DNA of 64,000 bases from Heteronotia binoei (lineage: Eukaryota): assembly GCF_032191835.1 (NCBI RefSeq), contig NC_083233.1, positions 34,720,001 to 34,784,000 on the forward strand. Reading direction: 5' to 3'. Under the pieces are notes generated by a model. It saw only the letters and a list, made by a program, of their open reading frames with translations. It did not search any database and was not told the DNA's origin. How positions within the stretch are numbered: position 1 is the first letter of the stretch; each line of letters begins with the position of its first letter. This document shows, piece by piece, positions 10,601 through 25,993 of this stretch. Made by a program: the position numbers and the translations under genes.

Positions 10601-12823
10601 CATTATAATCGGGAGCGACTAGATCATCTTTATTTCACTAGCAATTTGTTAAGAGTATAGAGAAAATAGAATAAATTCATGCAAAACACAGGTAAGTTCC
10701 CAGCTGCCATGAATAATAGAAATAACTAGTTCTGGTGATATCCCCTGCTCTTGTATTATATAATAGGCCCCTCCTTGTAATGAAAGACTGTCCCCTTAGC
10801 ACAGGTTAGCGCTAGAATTAATTTAGTAAGGAAAAAAACTAAATTTGTTCTCTTCCTAGCTACTTAAGAAGCCAGAAAAAGATGAAAGAGACTTTGAAAA
10901 AAAGGAAAAGGCCAAGAAACTGGAGAAAGAGAGTCTGAGGGAGGAAAAGGCTGCCAGTGCAATCAGCAGTGCACCAGCCAAGCGCTCCGAAGGGGAGGTT
11001 AAAGAGGAGAAGGCCAAAAAGTTAGTGTTCTCTTCTCAGTACGTATCCTTGTTTAATAGAATATGCTGGTTAATTAGGTTGTCTTATCCAGGAACTGCTC
11101 TTGAATTAAAATCTGCTAGCTGTCCAAAACAACTGCGGAGGGTAAACACATAATCTCTGGCAAATCACAGAACAGTTCACCATTTGGTCTTTCAAGCAGT
11201 TTACAAATGTCTCCAAGCAGATAGTGAATGATGTAACTAAATTAGGGCCTCTTCACAGTGACTGTAAGAAGCAGGTCTTTGAACTATGTGTACCATATGC
11301 GTACATTCATCAAGATGGTGGGACTGGCTCATCACTCCCTATTGAATGTACATATAATAGCAAACTTGGGTTTGTTGTTGTGTAATGTGTAGAACAGTCC
11401 TGAGAAATCTTAAATCTGTCAGACTGGTCTGTAATTTATCTTGTCTAAATTACAAGGGACAGTTTTGTCTTGTGGCTTTCGGTACTGCAACTTGAACTAA
11501 TACCTAAATTTTGCCTGGAGTTGTCATAATGTTTAGTTATCTGAGCCGATGCTTTCTTGTTTCACCTTAATTGAATTTTCAAATGTCTTTCTTCACGCAG
11601 ATTGGAAGATGATTGTGGCAAAGATTACAGAGAAAGAGAGCGAGAGTATGACCGGGACAGAGAGTATGAGAGAATCCAGCGTGAGAGGGACAAGCTTAGG
11701 CGCCAGGAAGATGAACGGAGGAGGCAGAAAGAACGCTTTGAGAAAGAGAAGGTTTTCAGAAGAAAAGAGGAAGATATGAAAAAGGAAAGAGACTCTTTGC
11801 GAGAGAAAGGAAAGCGGTCTGAACTGCCTGACTATCTAGGCAATATGGAGAAACCCGAGAAAGTAACCAAAGAGGATAAAAAAGAAGATTTGGCTAAGAG
11901 GGATCGCATTAGAAACAAGGTACTGATTCTGTGATCTGTTTTCACTCTTTGCCATGTTGTGCACTTAGCTTTTGTGATAAACTGCTTAGGGGGGAAGGGT
12001 TCGATGAACTGCCACAAATTCATCTGTATTAATATCCTGTTAAGGTCTAAATGTTTTATAATGCAGTTTATTTCTAGCTAAAGATGGACACAATTGTAGT
12101 TAACGTCCCTTTTCAGGCAAATGTATTTTAAATTAAAAGTTGTCATTATTATGTAACAACTAAACATCTGGATTGACACTTGAGTTGCCAGAATGTTTGT
12201 TTAGACCCTGCACACTGCAGTTTATGCTGGAATACCTGGCTGTGCTTTAAAAGAGTCATCTATAGTTTCTTTGCTGTCCTCAGTTCAACAGCTCTACAGA
12301 TCACGGTCTTACCTGTTGCTTCTCATTTACACAGTTTTTTTTTAAAATCCTGTTCTTTCTCTGAAAAGTTCAGGGTGAGTCACAAGCAGTGTTCCCTCTA
12401 AGCTGAGTTAGCATGAGCTAGCTCACAGATTTTTAGCCTCTAGCTCACACATTTTTGTCTTAGCTCAGGAAAGATGACCCCAGAGCACAATAATTTATGC
12501 AGTAGCTCACAAAGTATAATTTTTGCTCACAAGACTGCAGCTTAGAGAGAATATTGGTCACAAGTGACTGTCCAGTCCTTGCTTCCGCCCCACCCCAGTT
12601 AGGCTGAGATACAGTAAACCAGCCTAAAATGGAGCAGAAAGTTTCATCACAACATAATATATTGTTAATGTTTCAGGATCGCCCAGCCATGCAGCTCTAC
12701 CAGCCAGGGGCTCGAAGTCGGAGTCGTTTATGTGCGTATGATGAGAGCTCTTCAAAGTCACCTGATAAAGCAGTGGATAAAAAGCTGGAATGTGAGATGA
12801 TAAATGCGAAAGAGGAAGACTGA
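1464..12823 (+). CDS. UPF3B: Regulator of nonsense transcripts 3B, full gene model (10 coding exons, 1443 nt, 480 aa)
   Basis: join(1464..1622,5105..5211,5363..5469,6506..6604,7159..7269,9285..9328,9762..9950,10860..11020,11601..11919,12677..12823) gives one uninterrupted ORF. It contains the RRM-like start VVIRRLPPSLTKEQL, YPAIVEFAPFQK, a charged coiled region and the EJC-binding motif RIRNKDRPAMQLYQPG. All introns are GT-AG except intron 3 (GC-AG). Confidence 0.96.
1879..2154. mobile_element. hAT-type MITE (family A)
   Basis: Same TIRs and body; TSD TGCTAAAA/TGCTATAA. Confidence 0.85.
2511..2714. mobile_element. Penelope-like element end forming a long inverted repeat
   Basis: ~79-bp arms (2511-2589 / 2605-2683) carrying the ACCTTTAAGACCAACAAAGTTTTATTCAG motif; a related fragment lies at ~37252-37300. 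The family assignment is from memory. Confidence 0.55.
3511..3727 (+). mobile_element. Squam3-like tRNA-derived SINE
   Basis: GAGAGCCAGTTTGGTGTAGTGGTTAAG (A box), GGTTTGATTCCCC (B box), L2-like tail and TCT repeat; internal deletion. Confidence 0.8.
3851..4445. mobile_element. Nested Sauria SINEs: a - copy (4048-4328) inserted inside a + copy (3851-4047 and 4329-4445)
   Basis: tRNA-like head, GTTGACTCAGCCTTCC core and BovB-like GGCAATGGCAAACC...GTGCTTGCACAGGGGAC tail. AATGGCAA is repeated on both sides of the inner copy. Confidence 0.85.
5105..5211 (+). CDS. UPF3B: UPF3B coding exon 2
   Basis: Acceptor ccctttaag|; VVIRRLPPSLTKEQLEEHLQPLPEHDYFEFFANDS; donor AAG|GTAAAA. Confidence 0.96.
5363..5469 (+). 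CDS. UPF3B: UPF3B coding exon 3 (ends at a GC donor)
   Basis: Acceptor ccttctgcag|; LYPHMFSRAYINFKNQEDIVLFRDRFDGYVFVDHK. Only AAG|GCAAGT keeps frame with exon 4. Confidence 0.92.
6506..6604 (+). CDS. UPF3B: UPF3B coding exon 4
   Basis: GLEYPAIVEFAPFQKAAKKKSKKKDAKAGTIED; donor G|GTTAGT. Confidence 0.95.
7159..7269 (+). CDS. UPF3B: UPF3B coding exon 5
   Basis: DPEYKKFLETYSADDEKLTSTPETLLEEIEARNKELI; canonical AG/GT boundaries. Confidence 0.95.
7999..8246. mobile_element. hAT-Charlie-like MITE
   Basis: TIRs CAGGGGTCCTCAAAC / GGTTGAGGATCACTG; perfect TSD GACTAAAG. Confidence 0.85.
9285..9328 (+). CDS. UPF3B: UPF3B coding exon 6
   Basis: AKKTTPLLNFLKNKQ; donor CAG|GTGAGT. Confidence 0.94.
9762..9950 (+). 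CDS. UPF3B: UPF3B coding exon 7
   Basis: RLREEKREERRRRELERKRQ...KDEPKIK; acceptor ttccttccag|, donor AAG|GTATCG. Confidence 0.94.
10860..11020 (+). CDS. UPF3B: UPF3B coding exon 8
   Basis: LLKKPEKDERDFEKKEKAKKLEKE...EEKAK; acceptor tcttcctag|, donor AA|GTTAGT. Confidence 0.92.
11601..11919 (+). CDS. UPF3B: UPF3B coding exon 9
   Basis: LEDDCGKDYREREREY...KRDRIRNK; acceptor cttcacgcag|, donor AAG|GTACTG. Confidence 0.95.
12387..12556. mobile_element. hAT-type MITE (related copy at ~29430-29625)
   Basis: TIRs CAGTGTTCCCTCTAAG / CTTAGAGAGAATATTG; perfect TSD GTCACAAG. Confidence 0.85.
12677..12823 (+). CDS. UPF3B: UPF3B last coding exon
   Basis: DRPAMQLYQPGARSRSRLC...KEED then TGA; acceptor tgtttcag|. 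Confidence 0.95.
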   Translation, partial: DRPAMQLYQPGARSRSRLCAYDESSSKSPDKAVDKKLECEMINAKEED

Positions 12824-13607
12824 TGAGTCGTGGGTTTTTGGACCGACCTGTTAACAGCCAAAGAGCATGAACTGCGCTGTCCAGAAGTGCCTTGGAGGAG
12901 AAAGGGGGACAGTACTTTTGGATGTCTCTGGTTTCAAAGCCTCAATGCAGAGTCAAGACTCAAACTGTATTCTCTCAGTTCATTGTCACGGGTGGGAGGA
13001 GGAGGTGGTGATTGTGGCAGTGAACTGCAAGGGGGGAAAAAGCTTTCCAGTTCCTTAGAAATAGGCTTAATTGCCCCCCCCAATAAGTCATGTGACTAAG
13101 GGTATCCCAATGCCATGCTCTCTTTGAAATAGTAGCCATGTACCAGTATTTGCACTTAAATACAGCCATCTTGAACCCTCAGGATTGCTCAAGTGTTAAT
13201 GCCTTTATCACTGCGCTGTGTGGAATTTGTAACTAACCAAGGTGGGAGGAAGTAGTTCTAGCATTGAGAGAGGTTTTGTCTGTGGAGCTGCTTGCAGCTG
13301 ATAGCAGAAATGCATTTTTAGATCAGGAGGCAGCTAAGCTTTGTTTCCCCTTCCCCATCACAGCTATAAAATCTTCACTGAAATGAAAGGATTTTTTTGT
13401 TCATATCTTGTGTAATATCCAGATACTGATGCAACTTTATTTAGCTGTGTAGTAATTTCCAGCTTTTCCTGGTACTAGAGGGGGAAATGTTCCATTTCAG
13501 TTCATTGTCTTTCCTGAGGCATTAGAGCGTCTTGCAACCCAGGAAGAACTTTTACTAAGAGTTGTGGCTCCTCCTTTATGCTAACACAACACAGCTATTT
13601 TGTACTA

Positions 13608-13613
13608 AATAAA
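13608..13613 (+). terminator. Probable UPF3B polyadenylation signal
   Basis: First AATAAA downstream of the stop (~790 nt). The cleavage site is inferred. Confidence 0.6.
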
Positions 13614-15054
13614 ACTTGAGAGAAACCATTTAAAACTTGCTTAAATTATTTCTGGCATGTTCCAGTGTGCATGTGGTTTCCAGTTTTCATTCTGATACGA
13701 TCTTCCTCTTGATGCGTCCAGAGTGCCTTTAAGTTGATGTTCCTGTTCCAATTGGTAGTATATTTAAATTTGTATATTGCCTCTGACTGCTAGTGCACTA
13801 TTGAAGTCAGTTATTCACACTGCACCTCCTGTGCATTACTTTGACACAAGTCATTGTCCTAAATCTTTCCTACAGAATGCAATACAAGGGTGTGTCAAAA
13901 TTATAAATTTACGTATCTAATGCCTTTTGACAGCTCTTCAGTAGTAGTAATATTTTAATGTCAGGGCTGCTGCAGCACAGTAGCTAAGCAGGGGAGCTCT
14001 GCCTTTCAAAGTCATTGCTTCAAATGTCAGCTCTGCCATGAACTCATCATGAGAAGAAGAGCTGGTTTTTGTACCCCACTTTTTTCTACTGTAAGGAGTC
14101 TCAAAATGGCTTACAATCTCCTTCACTTCCTGTCAGTATAACAAGCACCTTGTGAGGTAAGTGGGGCTGAGAATTTTGAGAGAACCGTGTCTGGCCTAAG
14201 GTCACCAAGCAGGCTTTATGTGGAGAAGCAGGGACTCAAACACAGTCTGCTGCTCTTGACCACTACACCACACTGGCTGTCACACCAGCTTAGGTAGCTT
14301 GAGGCCAATCCACTCAGAGATGAATTCAGTCTTCCATTTGCAATGTGAAGATAGTAGAAATTGCTGACATTTACAGGCCTGTCTGTAAGGATGTAAAAGC
14401 TAGAAGCAGCTTAGAACGCAGAAGAGTAATGCATAAATAGTTAACAGTATTAGTAAGATCCACCTTGTCCCATGAACAAATGAGGCAGATCACATTTGAT
14501 CTGCAGACTGGGAGAAGTGCTATCTATGTGACTGCTGTACGACACAACTGTGAAGGGCCCAGTTAAAGCTCCATGAAGCTCCAGTCCTGTTCTCAGCATG
14601 TTTTTTAACCTCCATACAGTTTACATACTGCCACTGAGTTTTGGGGCTTTTCCATCTAATAGTAAAATTCCAGCAGGTTGCTGTGTTAGGCTGACAAATA
14701 TACCCATTTAGACTCCTAGCCAAATTTGCTTTCTCAAAGGGTTGCCAAACTCCAGGTAGTGGCTGCAGATCTACTATTACAACTGATTTCTAGGTGACAG
14801 ATCAGTTCACCTGGCAAAAACAGCTGCTTTGGAAGGTGGACTCTATGGCATTACATCTGACTGCTCTCCCCAAACCCTGTCCTTAGGCTCCACCCCCAAA
14901 ATCTCCAGGTAGTTCTCAACCCAGAGCTGGCGACCCTACTTTCTTACAACAAGCAGGGTTTGATTTTCAAAATGGGTGCTGCTCCTCTATCCCATAATCC
15001 TTGTGAGTGAAGGTTTGTGCCCCACCAAAAAAACTATTAGAGCTTCAGTAATGA

Positions 15055-15245
15055 ACCCTGATCTGGATAGCCCATGCAAGCCCAATCTCATCAGATCTTG
15101 GAAACTAAGCAAGGTCAACTCTGGCAAGTACTTGTTCGATGAAAGACTTCCTTGGAATACCAGGAGGCAGGGGCAGGCTTCACTCAGCCACCCCTCTGAA
15201 TGACCTCCATGCTCCCAGTAGGGGTCAGTCACCAGTGGCTGCCAT
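15055..15245 (+). mobile_element. 5S rRNA-derived SINE (SINE3-type)
   Basis: The head GCCCAATCTCATCAGATCTTGGAAACTAAGCAAGGTC...AGTACTTG...GGAATACC resembles 5S rRNA and is followed by an unrelated body. Confidence 0.75.
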
Positions 15246-15901
15246 TTAAAAAAAAAAATTAATAATATGGCTTGAGCCCTGGTACAAATTGAGTTCCAAC
15301 CAAAAGTGCTAATACACTATATTTGAACTATGGCTTCAGAGCACCGTCAGCCTGTGTCTCATTGCTGGTGAGACATTTGCCTAAACTGCTGCCTTTGCTT
15401 TTAAGCAAGGGAAAATGCCACTGTTTTTTCTTCTGTTCCTGCAATCGGAAAACTTGTTTGGTACCCAGCACCAATTGATCTAATTCAGTTTTGCTTGCAG
15501 CGTGGCCTCTTTGCTACTTTAGGACTACAATTGCAGACTTTGTCACTGTGTCTTCAAACCCAACCCCCCTTTTTTTGTACCAAACATCCAGCTTAATGGA
15601 GAATTCTAGAGAACTCAAAAGCTTGCAGGCTATTTTGTGATATATTTGGTTCATCTGATAAAACAGTATTTACACTTCTGTTCTTGAAACTTGTCCACAA
15701 ACAAGTTACTTGTGACCTGACCTTCAATCATATTACAAATCCATTTACATGTGTGTGTGCACAAAAGTATAAAATAGACAGTGGCCAATTGTATCGTGGT
15801 AAGTAGGAAGTATTAAAACCAGAACATTACATTAATCTTGGTGGAAGAGCTCTGCAGATTTCAGAACTGACTGCCTTGAACAGTTGATGCCAAATGAGTG
15901 T

Positions 15902-16080
15902 AGGAAAAGGAAAGGCACCCTGTGCAAGCACCAGTCATTTCCAGTCGTTTCTGGGATGACGTTGCTTTCACAATCTTTTCACGGCAGACTTTTTACGGGG
16001 TGGTTTGCCATTGCCTTCCCCAGCCATCTACACTTTCCCCCCAGCAAGCTAGGTACTCATTTTACTGACCTCAGAAGGAT
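15902..16080 (-). mobile_element. Sauria SINE (remainder at 17226-17265, after the CR1)
   Basis: Same consensus as the other Sauria copies; resumes GAAGGCTGAGTCAACC right after the CR1 tail. Confidence 0.85.
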
Positions 16081-17225
16081 GACTTTTGATAAAGGTTTTT
16101 GATAAAGTTCCACATACTATCCTAGTTGACAAGTTGGTAAAATGTGGTTTGGATCCTGTTACCATTAGGTGGATCTGTAACGGGTTGAGATCACACCCAA
16201 AGAAGTGCTTGTGAATGGTTCCTTATCCTCTTGGAGAGGAGTGACAAGTGGAATACCTCAAGGATCTGTCCTGGGACCTGTTTTGTTCAACATCTTTATC
16301 AATGATTTGGATGAAGGAATAGAGGGAATGCTTATTAAATTTGCAGATTATACTAAATTGGGAGGGGCTGCAAACACAGAAGACAGAAACAGGATATAGG
16401 ATGACCTTGACAGGCTGGCAAACTGGGCTAAAATCAATAAAACAAATTTTAACAGGGATAAATGTAAAGTTCTGCATTTAGGTAGGAAAAATCCAATGCA
16501 TGGTTACAGGATGAGGGAGACTTGTCTTAGCAGTAGTATGTGCGAAAAGGATCTAGGGGTCTTAATTTATCATACGCTGAACCTGAGTCAACAGTGTGAT
16601 GCGGTGGCTAAAAAGGCAGATGCAATTTTGGGCTGTATCAACAGAAGTATAGTGTCCAGATCACGTGATGTGATGGTATCGCTTTACTCTGCTCTGGTAA
16701 GATCTCACCAGGAATATTGTGTTCAGTTTTGGGCACCACATTTTAAGAAGGATATAGACAAGCTGGAACGGGTCCAGAGGAGGGTGACAAAGATGGTGAG
16801 GGGTCTGGAGACCAAGTCCTATGAGGAAAGGTTGAGGGAGCTGGGGATGTTTAGCCTGGAGAGGAGGCGGCTGAGAGGTGATATGATCACCATCTTCAAG
16901 TACTTGAAGGGCTGTCATATAGAGGATGGTGTGGAATTGTTTTCTGTGGCCCTGGAAAGTAGGGCAAGAACCAATGGGTTGAAATTAAATCAAAAGTTTC
17001 CGGCTCAACATTAGGAAGAACTTCCTGTTAAGAGCGGTTCCTCAGTGGAACAGGCTTCCTCGGGAGGTGGTGGGCTCTCCTTCCTTGGAGGTTTTTAAAC
17101 AGATGGCCATCTGACAACAATGAAAATCCTGTGAATTTAGGGGGAAGTGTTTGTGAGTTTCCTGCATTGTGCAGGGGGTTGGACTAGATGACCCTAGAGG
17201 TCCCTTCCAACTCTATGATTCTATG
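16081..17225 (+). mobile_element. 5'-truncated CR1 LINE inserted into a Sauria SINE
   Basis: RT peptides [47 protein letters not shown]; 3' tail CCAACTCTATGATTCTATG. Confidence 0.93.
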
Positions 17226-17389
17226 GAAGGCTGAGTCAACCTGGAGCCGGCTACCTGAAAACCCTTTAATAACATACGTATTTCACAGGAGCAGAAATGT
17301 TCCTTGAGCAACACCAGGGGTCGCTGTAGCTGAGGAGCATCTAGCCCGCTTCTTCCTGTCTCTGTTCTCTCCCATCACTCAGTGCTCCA

Positions 17390-17408
17390 CCTTTCCTTTC
17401 TCTCTTCC
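17390..17408 (+). promoter_or_regulatory. 5'TOP/TCT polypyrimidine initiator of RPL39
   Basis: 19-nt pure pyrimidine run CCTTTCCTTTCTCTCTTCC ~40 nt upstream of the ATG, as is typical of ribosomal protein genes; local CpG enrichment. Confidence 0.8.
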
Positions 17409-17446
17409 GCTGCGACATAGTGGTGACTGGTTGCGCGGTCTTCGCC

Positions 17447-21789
<4,343 letters not shown>

Positions 21790-21948
21790 AGAGAAGCCGC
21801 TCCAGCCCTTGTAGCGCATTTCAGCCTGCATCGAGACTTCATATGGCCCTTTGCCACCAACCTGCCACAGCCCTGTTTTCAAAGCTGACTCATGTTGTGC
21901 ATATTTTCTTTTACAGACCTTTATTTTCACAAAGGGTTTTTTGAAAGA

Positions 21949-21954
21949 ATTAAA
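21949..21954 (+). terminator. Probable RPL39 polyA signal (ATTAAA)
   Basis: ATTAAA 160 nt after the stop, preceded by U-rich sequence. Confidence 0.55.
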
Positions 21955-22770
21955 ACCAAATAATGGAAAGCTTTGTGTACAATTAGTGCCTTTTTAGTTC
22001 TCAGTGCATCTATGTTCAAGGAATTCTTGTTGCTGGTTGAGAGAGGTTCATTAATAAATATGAGATCACACAGAGTCCAGTGAATTAACAATTTATGGTT
22101 GGATTTACTGTTTACACTCGCTGCATACGGGGGAGTTGGCAACAGTACAAAAGGCTAATGGCTGTGAAATTGGCACCTATTTGAGAGAGGCTGGAAGCTG
22201 CCTGCTGTGTTTTAGTGAGTGCATAGCTTGAAACAAGCAGGGGACAGTCCTCTGTGCCAATGTGGTGCTGAGAAACATATTTCTCAGGGACTGGAAATGC
22301 TGTTTGATCGGCTACAGAAGGCCCAAGCAGAGGCTGGGGAGAGGAAAACTAAAAGGTATAAGGCTTAGCGGAAGCTGTGAAGAAGTAAGTCCTAGGGGCT
22401 TGATCTGTTAGAGGAAAAACTTAATTCAGAAAGCATGGCCACTCTGAAATTTTTTAAGAGACTCAAACCACTTGCTTTCTTGTCAAAACCTGCTGGGACA
22501 ATGCTTAACTTGCTGTTAGAAGTAGAAAGTGTAGCTAATTTTTTTCATATTAATTTCACCCAGACATAGCTTGCAACCAAGAAACCTGGCCCCTGTAGTT
22601 CTGTGAAGTTTCTAGCAATCTCCCAAGAAGCCTTAGTGGCCACATAAAATAATTCCCAGATTGCCTTTGGGTAGTTCTGGTTACCCCATATAACTGACAG
22701 CAGCCAACACAGAAGATCAGAGCCCTGAGAACATTTAAAGATCAAGCATGATGCTGAGGTTTTTTTCCCT

Positions 22771-23130
22771 AGAATCAGAATCATAGAGTTGGAAGGGACC
22801 TCCAGGGTCATCTAGCCCAACCCCCTGCACAATGCAGGAAACTCACAAACGCCTCCCCCTAAATTCACAGAATCTTCATTGCTGTCAGATGGCCATCAAG
22901 CCTCTGTTTAAAAACCTCCAAGGAAGGAGAGCCCACCACCTCCTGAGGAAGCCTGTTCCACCGAGGAATCGCTCTAACAGTCAGGAAGATCTTCCTAATG
23001 TTGAGCCAGAAACTCTTGATTTAATTTCAACCCATTTGTTCTGGTCCTACCTTCCAGGGCCACAGAAAACAATTCCACACCATCCTGTATATGACAGCCC
23101 TTCAAGTACTTGAAGATGGTGATCATATCC
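22771..23130 (-). mobile_element. CR1 3' end
   Basis: Reverse complement of the same 3' UTR as 16900-17225 (AGAATCATAGAGTTGGAAGGGACC...). Confidence 0.88.
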
Positions 23131-23691
23131 CTATAAGAAGCATGTTTGTGCAACGAAGCATGCGCTGCTAATTCAGCAGTGTGCGATCCAGATTAATTCA
23201 GTGAGTGTTCACAGCTCTTAAACAGAAATTTTAACTCAAGCTAGTGCTTATGCTGCTGTTGTAGTGCAATTAGGATGGTAACTGTCATTGTGTCACTAGC
23301 CCGTATTGGCTTGTAACTGTACTTCACTTTTCCAAAGGTACAACTCCTGACCCCTTGATAACTTCCTTTGTTGAATGTTTATGTTTTGTTATTTATAAAT
23401 TACGTTTTGAAGCATAACAGCCTTGCAGAAGGGGAACATTCTCACCTACAGTTTAAGGAGAAAACGTTTATGAAAGGCTATCCTCAGTCCTAGCAGATAC
23501 GGTTTAATTTTAAGACCTGTCTTCTGTCCTGTCAAGTTGTGAATCCCTCCTCTCCAGTGTTGGAATGCACATGGTCCTTGTTTTTAAAACACAGAAACAT
23601 CACAATAGGTTGACAGCAGCTCTATAAGCCCACCTAAAGTAGATGAGATCTTGGAACACACACAACACTCCAGTTAATCTGCTTTTTGTTC

Positions 23692-23697
23692 TTTATT
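23692..23697 (-). terminator. Probable SOWAHD polyA signal
   Basis: TTTATT on + (AATAAA on -) ~600 nt past the SOWAHD stop. Confidence 0.5.
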
Positions 23698-24291
23698 TGA
23701 AAGTGCTCTGATTGTTCCAAATTTGCATCTGTATTTTTAGACATGCAAATCTCTTGAATTTCTGATTACAAAGATACTTATCAAAATGCATGGATGGTGC
23801 TTATGAGAAGCTTTGTAGCCAAAGGGGGTGCCTGCCCCAGATTTCCAGGGGCTTAGGTGTGGGGTTTTACTGTTCAGCATTGCTCCTTGCCCCACCCAAA
23901 GCCAGAATAAATTACGCAGAATAAAAACCTATATAAATCAGTAAAATTTGCTTGCCCAGGTTGCAGAATTTCTCTTTTCCTGGCTCAGTACTTAAAAGGT
24001 TAGTTTGTCTTTTAAATTGTCTATTGTTTTCCCTATGGATGGACTTTAGCACAGCACGAGATGGGTCTTTAGTTCATGTACTACCACTCCTTCATTTTCT
24101 TCCAAGACCTTGGACTTCTCACACCTAAGGCTAAACTACGAGTCTGGGCGGGTTGGCTGAAGCCAGCATCTTACAGATAACCTCACCTACCTCCCAGGCT
24201 TCCTCCTGCAGCATTCCCACCCTTTCATGATGGCTTCTGTCACAATCCACCCAGTCAACAGACTCAAGTGCCTCTGCTACTGAGCAAATGT

Positions 24292-25335
24292 CTACCGCTC
24301 TTGGAAGAATGCGATGGCTTGCCTGAACAAGTTCCTTAAAGTGGTCAGTCTGGCAATAGGCCTGCGGCTGTTCTCTTCCTCTTGAACACCCTCGCAGCCT
24401 CTTTTGAACCCGTTGCTCCTACTGCGTCTGGATGACACACAGTTGTTGTTGGTGTTGAACACTCCTTGGAAGGCTACGTCTTCCTCACAAGCCCCCAAAA
24501 GCTCCTTCAGCTCCCTTGGAGCATCTGCTCGGAGATACTGCCATGCTTGGCGGCCGTTATGATCCCGGAGGCTCGTGTTGGCCCCATAGGCCCCCACCAG
24601 CACCTTGATGACCATCTCATGTCCCTGAAGAGCAGCCAAGTGGAGAGGAGTTAGCCTGCCACTAGCAGTGAATATGTTGACATCAACCGGATAACGCTGC
24701 TTCTCAGCAAAAGTGATGACTTCTATCAAGTCCTCATGATGACCATGTTTGGCCAACCAGTGGAGGACAGTGAAACCGGTCACAAAATCTGTCCTGGAGA
24801 GCAGGCTGGGATCCTGGTCCAGCAACCGGAGGATACTCCTTGCATCTCCTTGGGCCACGGTCAGCATCCACTCATGCTCCAGCGGGTCTAGCACCAATGA
24901 CAAGTCCTCCAAGTTGGCTTCCACAAGAGGATCATGGCCTTGCTGCCCATCAGGGACCTCTCCCTTCAGCAAAGCCGCCAGCCACACAGGTTTGGCTTCG
25001 CTGCTCTGCAGGAGGATCTCCTTCAGTCCTTTCCTCCTCGTGCTGCTTCCAGCCGCAGAGAGCCTGGCTGTGTCTGTTCCTGTTGCCCAGTTCTGTGAAC
25101 GTCTGCTGGCCCTGCTCAGGCTCCTGTTGAAGTTGGACAACTGTGCCCGGCGGCGCATCAAGCTCTCAGACCGGACACTGGGGCTGGGGGATTGGCTGCC
25201 CACAGCCACCTGCGTTTGAGGTTGGGAGCTGTCCTCTTGTGCACATGTCCTCTTGCACTCCTGGGATGTCTGCTGTCTATCTAAACTTTTGTCCCTTTGC
25301 TGCTCTGACATGCTCTCTCCACCAAGCTCCATCAT
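24292..25335 (-). CDS. SOWAHD: Sosondowah ankyrin repeat domain family member D (347 aa from first ATG)
   Basis: Ankyrin repeats TGFTVLHWLAKHGHHEDL and RLTPLHLAALQGHEMVIKVLVGAYGA, the SOWAH-type LVLDPLEHEW motif, and C-terminal LRNLFRQ...FQER. Syntenic between RPL39 and SEPTIN6. The ORF-track start at 25446 is TTG; the first ATG is at 25335. Confidence 0.9.
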   Translation of the reverse strand: MMELGGESMSEQQRDKSLDRQQTSQECKRTCAQEDSSQPQTQVAVGSQSPSPSVRSESLMRRRAQLSNFNRSLSRASRRSQNWATGTDTARLSAAGSSTRRKGLKEILLQSSEAKPVWLAALLKGEVPDGQQGHDPLVEANLEDLSLVLDPLEHEWMLTVAQGDARSILRLLDQDPSLLSRTDFVTGFTVLHWLAKHGHHEDLIEVITFAEKQRYPVDVNIFTASGRLTPLHLAALQGHEMVIKVLVGAYGANTSLRDHNGRQAWQYLRADAPRELKELLGACEEDVAFQGVFNTNNNCVSSRRSRSNGFKRGCEGVQEEENSRRPIARLTTLRNLFRQAIAFFQER

Positions 25336-25993
25336 TCCTCCAGAGTTTTCTACATTTCTGTTGACGTTAACCAGTTGGGTTTTATTTTTTGTAAACCCAC
25401 AAGTGCTGCCTTCCGGCTGGTGAGATGGGCGCTCCCGAGCTTTCAACAGCGCAGCTTCCTGATTCTGCCTGCAAAGGAGAAGAAACAGTTTCGGTACTCA
25501 GGAGGAAGAAAACGCTTGTGGTGAAATGGGCTGCATGAAAGGCAGCAATTGCCTGGTCTGCGAGAGAGCAGACAGGCACAATTGCTTTTGTCAGTGGGCG
25601 GGGGGGGGGGCTTGCACAGATCCCTTGCTCAGAGCTGGTTGGTATAACCCTGCCTGTAAATTTCTCCGCCTCCCAGCCCTTGCCTAATACATGCTCCAAA
25701 TACAGCCCCCCCTCCACATTTCTAAAGCCTGAGTTAAACTTAGTACCGGCCGAAGCCAAAGCACTTCCCCCTGGGACTTCACATGCACCTGGCATCTCCT
25801 TTAAAGGGGGCCCCTGCCTATGAAAAGCAGCTACATGGCACAGGTAGCTTCTTTGCATGGATAGGAGCTCAGTTCAAACACAAACTGCAGCCTGCACAGA
25901 GTTTCACAGAAGAATGTTTTTGCCTCGTCTTCACCTGGATGACTTTTGAAGTTAGAACAGAAGCATGTTTTTTAAAATATCGAGACAAATAAT

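Noticed and set aside
21900-21945. Acceptor-like TTTTCTTTTACAG in the RPL39 3' UTR
   Set aside because: More simply the U-rich element upstream of the ATTAAA signal; the canonical exon 3 gives the conserved protein.
25336-25446. ORF-track start of SOWAHD at 25446
   Set aside because: The codon is TTG, not ATG; the first ATG is at 25335. A possible extension is treated under findings.
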